Assembly: GCF_963921235.1 (NCBI RefSeq)
Contig: NC_086109.1
Coordinates: forward strand, 21,206,001-21,270,000
Source: Mobula hypostoma
Taxonomy: Eukaryota
Length of the DNA stretch: 64,000 nucleotides
Direction: 5' to 3'
Positions 49,801-62,294 of the stretch are shown here, piece by piece. Within the stretch, counting starts at the first letter, position 1. Every line of letters begins with the position of its first letter. The notes beneath the pieces were generated by a model that was not told the origin of the DNA, did not search any database, and saw only the letters and a list, made by a program, of their open reading frames with translations. A program made the position numbers and the translations under genes.

Positions 49801-51420
49801 CGTCAGACTTAGGGATCATATGGAGGGGTAAAGCCTGGGGCTATTTGACTGGCATACAATGCCAAGTCTTCCCATGGTGGCAGACTCAGCCTTCATGGTT
49901 GCCAGCTTTTCTGGGTCCAATCTACACACACGGGCATGGACTAGTGGGCCTGCTGTGGGAATGTGATGCTCGACCCCATGTTTTGTGACAGTTTTGGGGA
50001 ATGTGGGCTTGGTGAGGTTTGGGAGTTCGCTCAGCAGTTGAGTAAACTCACGTGTGGTGGTTGTCAAGTCAAACTAGAGTTTCTAGAAAGTATTGGGACC
50101 TAGAGGCAAAAGAAAATAAAATTTAAAAGTAATAGCAAGAATCCACTGATGGACCGGATGGAACCCACCGTCTGAGTGCTGGGTCTGCCCGGAACATCGG
50201 GGGGACCTGGCGGAATCACAGCGGCAGTCCGAGAGCAGCGCTGGAATCTGCGGTAAGATGCTGAACTTTAAATAACTTGAGAGACTGTTTCATGGAAAAG
50301 AACACTGCTGTCACTGCGTTTTGGGTCAGCACGAGCTCCAGTGAGGTTTCATTGCTCTTTGCCTTCTCATCAATAGGTGATGCTGGCAGCACCTACTCAC
50401 TTGAGCACCCGCGTCACACAGGAAGTGTTGCCCTGAAAGGCTGTCCATAATGTAGATGACCCTGGCAACTGGAACCCATGGTGTTCACAGACCTTTGATG
50501 TCCCAGTTAGCTGGCACTGTTGAAGCTGCAAGGCAGTTGGCACTTCCTAGTGTTCTTACCAAAGCAAGCATGGTAAAAGCACATGCCCGACATCGCCTGT
50601 TTCACAGCTGCGGGCATCCTTATATTGAGGGCCTTGCTGATAGGCTTATTGAGGTAGAGAAGGGAGGAAGAATGGTAAACTGCAGCCCAGGTAAGTGTAG
50701 ACTATCGGCCATTTTAGCAAGCTCACTAGGGTCCATCACAGGTGCATTAGTGAGGGCTATATGAACTTGATCTGGCATTTGCGGGATGAAGACTTTTAAA
50801 AAAATAAAACAGGGATAGTGATTTCCCAGGAGAGGCAGCATCTGGTCCGTTAGCTCAGAAGGCTTACTGTCGTTGAGACTGGTGAAGGAGAGCAACTGTT
50901 TGGCGTGCTCAGATTCTGATAGTCTAAAAGTATGTAACAGCCGAGTTCCCAGTGATCGGTATTTGTTGTGTTCAGGTGGGTGTTCTAGTAGACTTACCAT
51001 TCTTGCAGTTGTGGAGTTGCTGAGTGATGCTACTACATTGAAATATTTGGTGTTGCCAGCAGAGATTTCTTGAAGTGCAAATTGACCCTCCGCTTGTACG
51101 AAACAAGCGACAGAATGCTGCTCCCAAAACTCTGGCAGTTTTAAAGTGACTGTGTTGGCCAACATATTCAATAACGCTGGAATCATCCTAGAACATTAGG
51201 GTCACTAATGTAGGTTTTCACAAATAAAATAGCAGAGACATTTCATGTTTCACAAAAACCATAGCAACTCATTTATTGAACATCAAAAAACTGAACTCAA
51301 TGTCGGTGATTGTGAATTGTTTACACTTCCACCATTACGTTGCCCTACACCACTCACACAATGTCCGCTCCGCTTAAACCTAACTTCTTTGTATTGGTTC
51401 TTGCCCAGAGCCTAACTACA
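46808..51420 (-). mobile_element. Decayed near-full-length Gypsy LTR retrotransposon
   Basis: LTR ends tgtaggtttt..caaataaaatagc at 46808 and 51209; PBS-like ttagtgaccc; gag (LKLPEFW..FVQAEGQF, 50620-51186), RT (FGLKNAAQTFQ..VYLDD, 49268-49651), RNase H, integrase (FVWHGL..CVDC..HVNVDLV), GPY/F-like PYGGPFRVL at ~47830. Confidence 0.88.
47075..47797. mobile_element. Solo LTR inserted into the Gypsy integrase tail
   Basis: TG...CA ends with a perfect 4-bp TSD catg (47071-47074, 47798-47801). Confidence 0.75.
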
Positions 51421-51829
51421 GTTATATGCAATCCAATGTCTCCTTGGGAACTGTGGCACGCAATAAAGTGCTGAATGCCCCTCACACTTGTTCTAAACTC
51501 TCTCTCCCTCTATACAATCCAATGTCTCCATGGGTCTGTGGTGCACAAAATATGCCAACTGCCTCTGATTGCTTCTTTTAAGCTCTGTCTCCCTCTATGC
51601 AATCCCAGTGTCTCCTCAGGGCTGTGGCACACACGTGAGATTGTAAATTATTACTTTTTATTGGTAATCACAAAGGAAATGTATTTTGTAGCTGGAAAAT
51701 TCACTGAATGTCCATACAGGTCTCCAAAATAAAGTGGAGATATTTGATGCTTAAAAGTGAATAAATTCACAGGACCAAAAGGGATTTATCCCAAGTTGTT
51801 GTAGAAGGCAAGTGAAGAGATTGCTGGCA

Positions 51830-53135
51830 CTTTGGCTGAGATTTTTATATCTTTGTTGGGCACATGTGAGGTATGATGAAGACAACAGCAAATGTGGTGC
51901 TCCTTTACAAGGAAAGTAGCAGGAAAAGTCCAAATACTGAAATTGTTGCCCTGTGAGGCTAACATCAGACCAATATTCATTAATCCCTCAGATCCCTCCT
52001 ATCATGGAAAGATTCTGTGATACTGGAACAATTCTGAGGGACAAGATTAATGATCGCTTGGAAAGTCAGGGATTAATAAGCAATAGCTGACAAGTCCTGT
52101 TAAAGGCAGATCCTATCTGACCAATTTGATTAATTTTTTTGAAAATGTAACAAAGCAGAAACATGGGGGCAGGGAAGTAGATCTGACTTACCCGGACTTG
52201 AGAAAAGTCTTTGACAAAGACCTACATGACAGATTGGTTTGAAAGGTTAGAATCCATGCAATATAGGGCAAGTTAACAAACTAAATCCAAAATTAGGTTG
52301 GCAATAGGTTACAGGGGTTGATGAAGGTTAATTTTGTGATTGGATACCTGTGACTAATTGTGTCCCACAAGGATCAGTACAAGGACCATTGACATTTTGT
52401 AATATAGATGAATGAGTTAGATATGAGTCACTGGGAAGAAAGATCAGTATGTCTGCAGGTGACACAAAGATTAATAGAACTGATAACCATGTGAAAGGTA
52501 GTGTTAGGAGCAGTTATAGATGAAATAGCCTAAAAAATGGCATCCAGACAAATGTGAAGCTAGGACATATATCATAAATATAAAGGTCAGGAAGTATTGA
52601 GGAACAGTGGGACCTTTGAGTACAAGCCCACAGATTCTTGAAGGTGACAACACAGGCAGACATCCTGGTAAGGAAGCCACACAGGATTAATAGTCAGGCC
52701 ATTGAGTACAGGAGCAGGGATGCTACTCGAACTTTATGAAGCCATAGTTGGACTTCATCTGGAGTACTGCATGCATTGCTGGTCAGCACACTATAGGAAG
52801 GATGTTGTAGCACTGAAGAGGGTGCAGGAGAGTTCACCAGGACATTGTCTGGGATGCAACAGGACAGCTATGATGAGACAATGGAGAAGATACGTAGGCT
52901 CAATGTAGAATAGACAAGATTAAAATGGGACACTTTGAGGTGCATAAAATTATAAGGGGTATTGACAGAGTAGACTGGAGGAAACTTATTCCCTATCAGA
53001 GTTATATAGGGTAAAAGTAAAGGGGAAGTGATTCAGAGGTGATGTGAAGGGGACATCATGGAAGGATACCCATTTCTCAGCATGGGTGAGTTGGGCTGAA
53101 TGGCCTATTTCCATTCTGTATGATTCTATGATTCT
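51830..53135 (+). mobile_element. Old decayed CR1 ORF2 and 3' end
   Basis: Residual CVPQGSV, LYEAIVGLHLEYC..HYRKDVVALKRVQ; (attctatg)n tail. Confidence 0.75.
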
Positions 53136-54715
53136 GTGATTCTCCATGATTTGTTATCTCCCTGCCACTATGACTTCTTCAAGGCCTACAGCTTCCAGGT
53201 TCTTGGTGCTCCCCTCATTATGGTCTCTTGGTCTTTGTTGATTTCACTGTCTTCCTCTCTGTACATTCAGCTGCCTTGGGACATTGGAATTTCTTCCTTG
53301 AACTCTTTGGAAAATCTAGAAATCCTTCCTTGAACCCCCCCCCCCCAATTTCCCCATTCTCATCCATGGTGCTTTTGAAACCCCACCTCTTTTAAATATC
53401 TCCTTATGTTGCCAGAAAACTCTCCTGCAAAGTACTTTGGATGTTAAAGTCATTGTACAAATAGAGGTTATTGCTTTACTTTGTGATTATCACAGCACCA
53501 GATAATAAACTAGAATTATTCTGCCCAGGGGAAGCAAAGATTTCTCGAATCTGCTTGGAATCTGAGGGGTTATCTTATCAAACACGATGGGAAAAATAAT
53601 ATCTGTCAAGAACAAAATTTGGAAGGATAAAATTATAGCAATCTGCAGTAGATCGCTGTCAGTTCTTCTCTGCTTTAATGGGAGATAAATATATTTTAAA
53701 CATAAAACAAAAGAAGAAAAGACGTGTTAAAATGAAGTTATTAGAGTTCGGGGTGGAGTTAGAGCAACAATGAAATTAAGTTCTATTACTGTGAATTTGG
53801 TACATACTATAAGATTCTGTGTAAAGTTAGTTGTCAATGGAAGCGGTTAATGAAAGAGTGAATTCAGGAAAGTAAAGAGTTATACTTCCATTACACTATT
53901 CGAAATCACAAGTGCTTCAAAGTCAATGAACCACTTTTGAAGTGTAGCCACTTCTACAGTTCAGGAAATGGCAACTGAATGCCTAAAGTAAGTTCCACAA
54001 ATGACTAGTTTATAAATCATTGGACTTGAAAGTTTTGGGGGTGAAGAACATACTGTGATAGTTCAGGGATGACTATTTTTAGTGCACTGGAAGGGCCTAT
54101 TCCATGCTGTATCTCAATAAATAAATAAATTAAGCTCTTATGGAGACGTAGAAAATAGGAATTGCTTCAATCGACTCACCTCCCTCTCGTCTAAATTCCA
54201 GCAGATACAAGCTCAGTCTTTCCTAGAGACAGAAAGCCACATTTTTGTACAGCATAGCTACAGATCCTTCAGTGCACCACATCCACGTCAACCTTTCTGC
54301 CTGTTTACATTAATCTCCCTCGCCCTCACTGGGTCTGTACTCTTCCATGCTTGCTTATTTAAGTGCCCGTGTACATGTCTCTTAAACATAATAACTGTAC
54401 CTGACTCCACCACCTCCTCTGACAGTGAGTTTCATCTACTAACCACCTTGGTGTTAAAATATTCCCTCAGATTCCCCAAATTCCCTCTAAAATTCCTTCC
54501 TCCCGGTTTAATGACAACTAACCTCTGTCTCCTATCACTACACTAGTATTAGATCCAATTAGCCAGCTTGCCTTGGATCCCATGTCCCTTAACCTTCAGG
54601 ACCAGTCGATCATGTGGAATCTTGCTAAAAGCCTTAGTGAAGTTCATATAGACAATGTATAACCCTTGTTTTTGGCTTTATTCTTAGTTACATTTTCAAA
54701 AACCTTATTCAAATT

Positions 54716-54783
54716 CAAGTTCCTCCAGCATTTTGTGTGTGTTGCTCAGATTTCTGGCATCTGCAGATTTTCTCTTGTTTGTG
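54716..54783 (+). mobile_element. 68-bp PLE tail insertion inside an old minus-strand CR1
   Basis: Family tail flanked by the 8-bp repeat ttcaaatt (54708-54715, 54784-54791). Confidence 0.7.
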
Positions 54784-55206
54784 TTCAAATTGGTGAGGCA
54801 GGATTCCCTGATTGGCTCCAGACTTTCCAAACATGCATTATTTCTATCCCTTAGGATCCCTTTCAATGATTTTCTACCATTGACATGAGGCTCTCTGGTC
54901 TATATTTACCTCACTTATCCCTGCTGTCCTTCTTAAATAATGGAATGATTGTAACTACTCCCCAGTTTTCAGGCATTTCACCTGAAGATGCAAAATCTCT
55001 GTCAGGGTTCCGAGCATGTCCTCCCTTTCTTCTCATAGCAGGAGCTCATCTGACCCTGGGAACTTACCAACTCTGTTGTGTCACATCTGACACCTACTTC
55101 ATAATACTGACCTGATCTAGATTATTCATGAATAGGTGGATCTTCCCTGAACTCACTCACTGTCTTCCAGGTCCTTCTCCTTAGTGAATACAGTTGAAAA
55201 GTATTC

Positions 55207-56135
55207 TATACTGACTGAAAAATGGGAAAAAATTCTTCAGTTGGTGAATTCATCCTCTGTGTGTGCTAAGCATAGGTTGATACAGTTCAAAGCAGTGCAC
55301 AGGGCTCATATATCCAAAGATAAACTATCTCGCTATTACTCTTATATTAATCCAATATGTGACAGATGTCATTTCGAGATAGCTTCTCTAACCCACATGT
55401 TTTGGTCATGTCCCCTGTTGCAGAAATATTGGAAAGATATTTTTGATATTATTTCAACGGTTTTAAATATAAACTTACAACCGCATCCAATTACTGCTAT
55501 TTTTGGACTACCAATGATAGATTTAAATAATTTAACCTCTTCATCACGAAGGATGATTGCATTTCTTACTTTAATGGCCAGAAGGTCTATTTTATTGAAT
55601 TGGAAAGAGATTAACCCTCCAAAGGTATTTCATTGGTTTTCACAAACTATGCTGTGTTTGAATTTGGAGAAAATTAGAAGTGCAGTTTATGACCCTTCCA
55701 TCAAGTTTGAAAAAACTTGGAGGCCATTCATTCAGCATTTTCACTTAATGTAATATCTTTATTTCCAAACCTATTCTATTTCTCTGTATTGTTGTTGGAG
55801 GGGAATGGAGTCGTCGGCACTAAGGTTTTCTTCTTTTTCATTTTTAAGTTTTTAGATTTGCCCAAGTCTTTTAGTTTAGTTGATCAATTTTGTCTTTCTT
55901 TTGGGTTGGGGTTTTTTTTTGGTTTTGGTTTTTTCTTCTTTTTCATGTTTTTTCTAGTTTTTTTTGATCTGTATTGTCCGTTGTTAGTTTTATATGATTG
56001 GGAGTTTTGTCAAATTTCAATATTGGACTTTACGATTACTGTTTGTAAGTGTGACAATTTATCTCCTATTATTTGTATCATTGCTATGTTTTGTTTATAT
56101 ATTCTAAAATCAATAAAGAGATTGAAAAAGAAAAG
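55207..56135 (+). mobile_element. 5'-truncated L1-clade LINE (ORF2 C-terminal zinc finger, T-rich 3'UTR, A-rich tail)
   Basis: RLIQFKAVHRAH..CDRC..SLTHMFWSC, open to the stop at 55753; AATAAA; 11-bp TSD gaaaagtattc (55196-55206, 56136-56146). Confidence 0.88.
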
Positions 56136-56271
56136 GAAAAGTATTCATTAACCTCATCCATATTGCCTGGCTACCTTCTTTTTGCTGGTATAGTAAAAAC
56201 AACTGGCCATTCCAGGTTTTAGCTCAGTAAGGTTGCTCAGAAATGCTTCCTTAACACCCTTCCTTAAATTA

Positions 56272-56817
56272 TGTAAAACCCTGGGAAAGGTTTCTCTGCT
56301 AATGTAATGGTCTTTCTGTAGAAGCAGTGTTGGGGTTATGCACAGAGATAATGGGTACTTTGGAATGTGAGCTGTCCAATGAGTGGAGTGTGTTTTTGTG
56401 TTGTGTGCCTGACTCCGGTGTGAACTGGGTCCTTTGTTCGGTGTGAGATGAAGAGGGAAGACGCTGGAGATTCAACCCGGTGGAAGATTGTGATTCGATG
56501 GAGCAAGGATCGGTGAATATGACTTTTGGAAGAGTTGAGCTTCCATTTGTGCACATTTGACTGTTTACTTATAATGGGCCCTTTTTCTTTTTTTTCTTCT
56601 TTCTTTACTAACCCTTTAGTGAAGATTCATAAATATAACTCCTTTAATCGTATGCAGTGTGCTGTCTGTTATTTCTTGGTACTGAGTTGTAGCAAAATAC
56701 ACAGCATCCACACAAACTGAGGTATGGGGTAGGAGAGCCGTCTGAATCTCACGGGTTTGGTGGGACTGAAGTGTGTATTCCCTACATGTATGCAGCCAAG
56801 GAAACCAGGTAGTTTCA
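56272..56817. mobile_element. Solo LTR
   Basis: TG...CA ends, 4-bp TSD atta; shares acacagcatccacacaaact with the LTR at 47075-47797. Confidence 0.7.
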
Positions 56818-57022
56818 ATTATACGATCAATACTGCAATGTTTTGCAACTTCAAACTAATTCAAAGGAAGACACGAGAAATGTGAATCTAACGTCGTGTT
56901 TAAGTGGGGTACTTACGTATCAAGTGGTAGTGTGACGACATATGCAGTTCACGTATTTATACATATAGTGAATAATAACAAATTATTTAAATAAACAAGA
57001 ATGCTTAATCAAGCAATATATA

Positions 57023-57329
57023 AAGGCATCCGTTAGTCTTGCGAGACCATGGATCTGTGCCTGGAAAGTCTTCACTCTCCAGGGCTCAGGCCTGGGCAAG
57101 GTTGTATGGAAGATTGGCAGTTGCCTATGCTGCAAATCTCCCCTCTCCACGATACCAATGTTGTCCAAGGGAAGGGCAAGGGCTGATACAGCTTGGCACT
57201 GGTGTCGTCGCAGAGCAATGTGTGGTTAAGTGCTTTGCTCAAGGACACAACACACTGCCTCGGCTGGGGCTCGAACTCACAACCTTCAGATCGCTAGTCG
57301 AATGCCTTAACCTCTTGGCCATGTGCCCA
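57023..57329 (-). mobile_element. tRNA-headed CORE-like SINE with RTE-type tail
   Basis: A box tggccaagagg, B box gagttcgagcc, CORE-like gtgtccttgagcaaagcacttaacc; 13-bp TSD caagcaatatata (57010-57022, 57330-57342). Confidence 0.8.
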
Positions 57330-57516
57330 CAAGCAATATATATATATACACACACACACAAGATTACTCAAATATTACTGAAATATTAAATACACGACAC
57401 ACCTCCCTGCTTAGGTATAAACTCTAACTCAATATAGAATGCAGCTCAGCTATATACACAGTATATTATACAATACAACTACAATATACAGACATCCACA
57501 GCATAGTAAATTTTTA

Positions 57517-57654
57517 CTTCTCCATGGATTGTCACCTTGTCGTGGTGGAGAAACTTGTGTGGTCCTGTGATCCCGAGAGCGATGCCGTCTGGAGCTATGC
57601 TCCTCACCCATGGTGGTAAGGTCGAGGGTGAGGTCCCTGACAAAGAACAATCCA
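57517..57654 (+). ncRNA. Candidate HDV-like ribozyme
   Basis: P1 ttctcc/ggagaa, P2 tggattgt/acaatcca, P3 acc/ggt, 7-nt L3 ttgtcgt, extended P4, J4/2 gaCaaa, all in canonical nested order. Confidence 0.5.
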
Positions 57655-57931
57655 ACCAAGACCTCAACGGTGGAACAGGCGGATGAAGTTACTTCGAACT
57701 TAACGACTGTGAAGGCGGATGAAGGTTGCAACAAATCCATCAGCTCCAATCGTCGTGGTTTCCATGCCATTGGAATCAGTTGGTTGATTTGTGAAGTATC
57801 GTGTGCTTCTTGGAGTGTAACATCAATTACATGTTAAACAAATACACGCACAGGCATCTTCTCTCTGTGGGCCACTTCGTCAGAACGAAGACCATCATCC
57901 TCGACCTCGAGGGATAGCCACGATGACGAGG
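57517..57931 (+). mobile_element. RTE 5'UTR-derived non-autonomous element (family A1)
   Basis: RTE-type 5' motifs (caccttgtcgtggtggag, gagctatg, cacccatg); (gat/gac)n tail; flanking repeat agtaaatttt (57505-57514, 57932-57941). Confidence 0.75.
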
Positions 57932-60044
57932 AGTAAATTTTCAATTCTGCCATTCAGCCCTGAAGATTTAATCGTTGTGGAGGATGATCTCACCAATGTC
58001 CTTGAAGTATCTACAGTTGATGAACAGTGAACTCACTTCCCTATGCCCTGGAAAGTACTTGTACATAAGATAACAAATTCCTCCTCCTAGCTTGTGTTCT
58101 ACACACCCTGCACGTTCTCAGCCATCTCCTAGTTGGGCATGGTACTGCTTTCAGTTGCTTGTCCTTTTAACTCGTGACTGCAGGAAATGAGGAGAGATAT
58201 GCCCACAGAAACTCCTTTGCAGTGGAAAGAGTAGCTCCTGGTAGATGGGGAGAGGTGAGTTGTGACAGCTCCTGGTAGATGGAAAGAGCTGAAGTGTATT
58301 TAACAGGCAAAGGAGCAAAATCACGGATGAAAACACGAAACAGCCTGATACTCGATCAGAGAAAGAGCACGATGCAACAGAATATCAATCAGGAGAAAGT
58401 TCGAGTCTTTGCTGTGACTGAGAAAGCTGGGAGAAGATGTGAGTGTGTGGTCTAGGTATGTGTGAGGTGGTAGAGAGTGTAAATGAGTGAGAGCTGGAGA
58501 AAGAATGAGATTGTGGTGTAACCAGGTGTGAGATACAATGAGAGCAAAGTTTTTCAAATAATGACATGTTTGAGCATGAGGCAAGATTCAAGACTGTTTA
58601 TTGTCATTCTTCAGTACAGGCGTGTAAAGGAGAACAAAATGATTGTTCCTCCCGGATCCGATGCAGCATAAAAAAAGAAAATAAGCATAAAGAACACAAT
58701 AAAAAACAAAAAAAAGAACACAATAAATATAAACGTAAAAGTAATCGTATAAAGCACCATGTACAAGTAACTGTTTGAGTGTGGCCATGTAAACCTGAGA
58801 TCAGCCTATATACAGTACGTAGACTGATTATACGTACATAAAGTGATGTTAGACGCTGTACCTAAGTGACTCTGACAGGAAGTGATAAAGTGACTGGCTC
58901 TTGGCAAGAGGAACTCTTCTAGGCAGCCGCAGGGCCCTTGAAAACATGATATGGTATTGACAGTGTCAGTGTAGGTGTGAGGTGTGGAGTGTAAACCCAA
59001 AGTGGGGGGATAAAGGGGCTGTGGAAGCAGCTGAAGACCAGCTGAAATGGATTTTCCTGAATAAGAGATCTAATAATTCCTGGATACGTTGTTCTTTTCA
59101 TAAGATCACAAGACATAGGAGCAGAATTAGGCCATTCAGCCCATTGAATCTGTTCTGCCACTTGGTTATGCCTACGGCATTGGCTATGGCATGACTCCTA
59201 TCCTTTAGGAGGAAGAACAGACAAGGTACAAGATAGATCATGAGGGTGAGCAATTTCATTTTTCAGGAAAGCATAAAAGAGTTTTCTTTTTGTTTGTTTG
59301 TGTGTTCTTCCGATAAGATGGTGGCATGGTCGGAAGACAGTGGCCAACCAAAGGCGATTTTGTCTTTTTTGAAATGTCTTTTTTACAACCGCAAGGCATT
59401 GTTGGATATTAAGAACTTCAACTACTGCCGGTCCACCCCATCAGAGAGCTGCTTGTTAGTGGAGGAGCTGGACTTGGTGCAAACCGTGTGGCTGCCTGGT
59501 ATAGAGAGGTATTGGAGTCAGTGCATGAAAGCAATGTACAATCTAGCAGTGACTGATTGTCTTGGATATTTTTCTTGTGATCGCAAGACCCTGTTGGACA
59601 TTGGTAATGTAGGATAATGCAAGTCCGGTTTGCTGGTTTATTGGTGAGACCGATGGCAGGGGGAGCTATGTGGCCTCGGTTCGAGGACAGACTAGGTTTC
59701 GTGCCACAGGCTCGCTTGCTGCTGCCTTCCAGGAGGTGTGGTGTGGCACACGCAGTTGAGGGCTGGCCCCTCCTGTTAGTGCTGCTCTCCAGTGTTCGCT
59801 CAGTGAAAGACATGCTGGATCGCGTGCATGCATGCATGTGTTCGTCTGCAAACTGCTGATTGCATTCTTCTGCATTCCACACACCATCAATTTACAGAAC
59901 ATGTCACTCAGGAATTTGGCTCTGTTATATTTCTTTTGGTGTGACTGTTTGTTTACCGCCATCTTATATGTGCTATTTGTGCCTTGTGCTGTGTATGACT
60001 GTTGGTATTGTGTTTTGCATCTTGACCCCAGAGGAACTCTGTTT

Positions 60045-60432
60045 CATAGAAAGATAGGGACATAGAAAACCTGCAGCACAATACAGGTCCTTTGGCCCAC
60101 AATGCTGTGCCAAACATGTACTTACTTTAGAAATTACCTAGGGTTACCCATAACCCTCTATTTTTCTAAGCTCCATGTACCTATCCAGGAGCCTCTTAAA
60201 AGACCCTATTGTATCTACCTCCACCACTGTCGCCGGCAGCCCATTCCACGCATTCACCGCTCTCTGTGTAAAAAAACTTACCCCTGACATCTCCTCAGTA
60301 CCTACTTCCAAGCACCTTAAAACTTGTGCTCTCTTGAGCTAGCCATTTCAGCCCTGAGAAAAAGCTTCTGACTGTCCACATGATCAATGCCTCCCATCAT
60401 CTTATACACCTCGATCAGGTCACCTGTCATCC
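60045..60432 (-). mobile_element. CR1 3' end fragment
   Basis: catagaaaacct..agcacaatacagg tail (also at ~46545-46620) and the CR1 C-terminal coding end. Confidence 0.75.
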
Positions 60433-61632
60433 TTTTGTTTGGCTGCATTCATGTATGATTGAAGGTTAATTAAACTTGAACTTGAACTTGAAACAGGAAG
60501 ATTCGTGACAAATCTAAATGAAAATCAGGTTACAAATGGGGAATCAAGGTTTCAAAGTCAAGGAGGTACTATTTAAGAATGAGGGACTACTTATGATTAA
60601 AAACTCTTTATACCCGAAAGGATAATGGAGTTACTTAGAATTGATTGTCAGAGAAGGATGTTAAAATGAAACATTTAAGTAGGGTCAGGCAACAATTCCA
60701 TTTATCTGTAGATGAAGTCTGAGAGGATTAGTCAGACTGGGCTAGAGGATAGAGGTTGCCACCTATCTGATCTGTGGGCACAAGGTTCTTCCTCCACACC
60801 TTCCAATTGTTAATACGCTGCTTGTTGTAATATGCGGAACTGACATGAATAGATTCACAATACAGAAGTATTTAATATACTCCCATCTAAATCAGGACAT
60901 CAACACACTGGTTATTAAAGTCATTATTTTTTTGGGCACTTTCCAGATTCTGAGCACACATCCACCTCATGCCAATCTAGGTCTACCTTGTTGCTGCCGA
61001 GTCTTCCTTATTATTTTAAATTAATCCTATTAAGGTGCAGAAGTCGTTTCATTTAATCTGCAGCCTGTTACTTATCAAGCGAGAATATGACATCAATTAT
61101 TCAATAGGAACAGTGCAGTAAAAACGTTCATATTAATTATACATTCAGATGTCTTAGAAGATTAGACTTTAATATCCGGATAAGTGTTAGGGAGTATCAC
61201 TGTGTGATCAGGGATGAACCACAGAGGTGGAATTATTCCATAGGGGGAGTGAGACTAGCTGTAACTCCAAATGGTACTGCCTGTATTGTCCTCATTGTTC
61301 TGTAAATCACAGCTGAAAGGCTGTCATTATGTTAAATGTCTTTACTGTGGTTTGCTGGATAAAATGACAATTACAACATTTATCAGACTGTCCCCAAAAC
61401 ACTAGAGACTGAGCATTATATCTAGCCTGATCTTCTCAAGGGAAGATCTGTGGGAGTGTTGTATTATGGAGGAGGCCCCTTTCAAATCAGTCTAAAAATT
61501 AGTCTCTCTTGGCTGGACTGAAAGGAGGACGTGCCAAAATGTTGAAGGCAAGTATGGAGGGTCTTTGGAGATGTTTTGGGATGATAGTTATCCCTCAAAC
61601 AACATCACTGAACTACTTCAACTAACAAGATA

Positions 61633-62294
61633 CATAAGAGGGGCCCTCCCAGTCAGAGCCCTCCTGTACGCCCGGAATGTCGTCTCCGCACCCCACTGCC
61701 CACGGGAGGACTGCAGTGAGGAGGAGTCTGCGACCCACCTCTTTGCATACTGTCAGTTCGCAAAGAGGGTGTGGAGGAGGATGGACGGGCTAGTGTCACG
61801 TTTCATCCCCAGCAGCTGCGTAACAGAGGACTCTCTGATCTACGGGCTGTTCCCGGGGACGCACACGGAGACCAACATCCAGTGCTGCTGGCAGATCATC
61901 AACTCGGTGAAAGACGCTCTTTGGTCGGCCCAAAACTTGATGATCTACCAGCACATGGAGATGTCTGTGGGAGAATGCTGCCGATTGGCACATTCTCGGC
62001 TGCAGGAGTACGTGCTGGGTGTCGCGCTGAAACCTGGTGCAGCCACCGCAAGGGCCCGGTGGGAAAGGACCACAGTATAGGTTTCTCCACCCGTGGGAGT
62101 GGGAGGGGTCGGTGGGTGGGGAGTATACCCCTCAACAACGATATGGTAAACTGAACTACTGGAGTGCCCCGTGGGTGGCTATAAATACGGATATGTACTG
62201 ACTATAATGGAAACGTATGTAAAGGATGGAAAGTTATTGAATGGTTTATTGTATATATTTATTTTTGAATAAGGTATATTTTGAAATTAAAAAA
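61633..62294 (+). mobile_element. 5'-truncated Tx1/L1-clade LINE
   Basis: RGALPVRALL..HCPREDC..ESATHLFAYC..AKRVW..IINSVKDALWSA; A tail; perfect 13-bp TSD aactaacaagata (61620-61632, 62295-62307). Confidence 0.88.

Larger units (their letters stand above)
56833..57990 (-). mobile_element. Gypsy-like 3' LTR + PPT + integrase tail remnant hosting two insertions
   Basis: PPT-like aagcagggaggtg next to TG at ~57400; PPQRLNL integrase-tail motif at ~57960-57985. Left boundary uncertain. Confidence 0.45.

Noticed and set aside
55717..56151. 144-aa Phe-rich 'membrane protein' ORF
   Set aside because: Translation of the T-rich L1 3'UTR.
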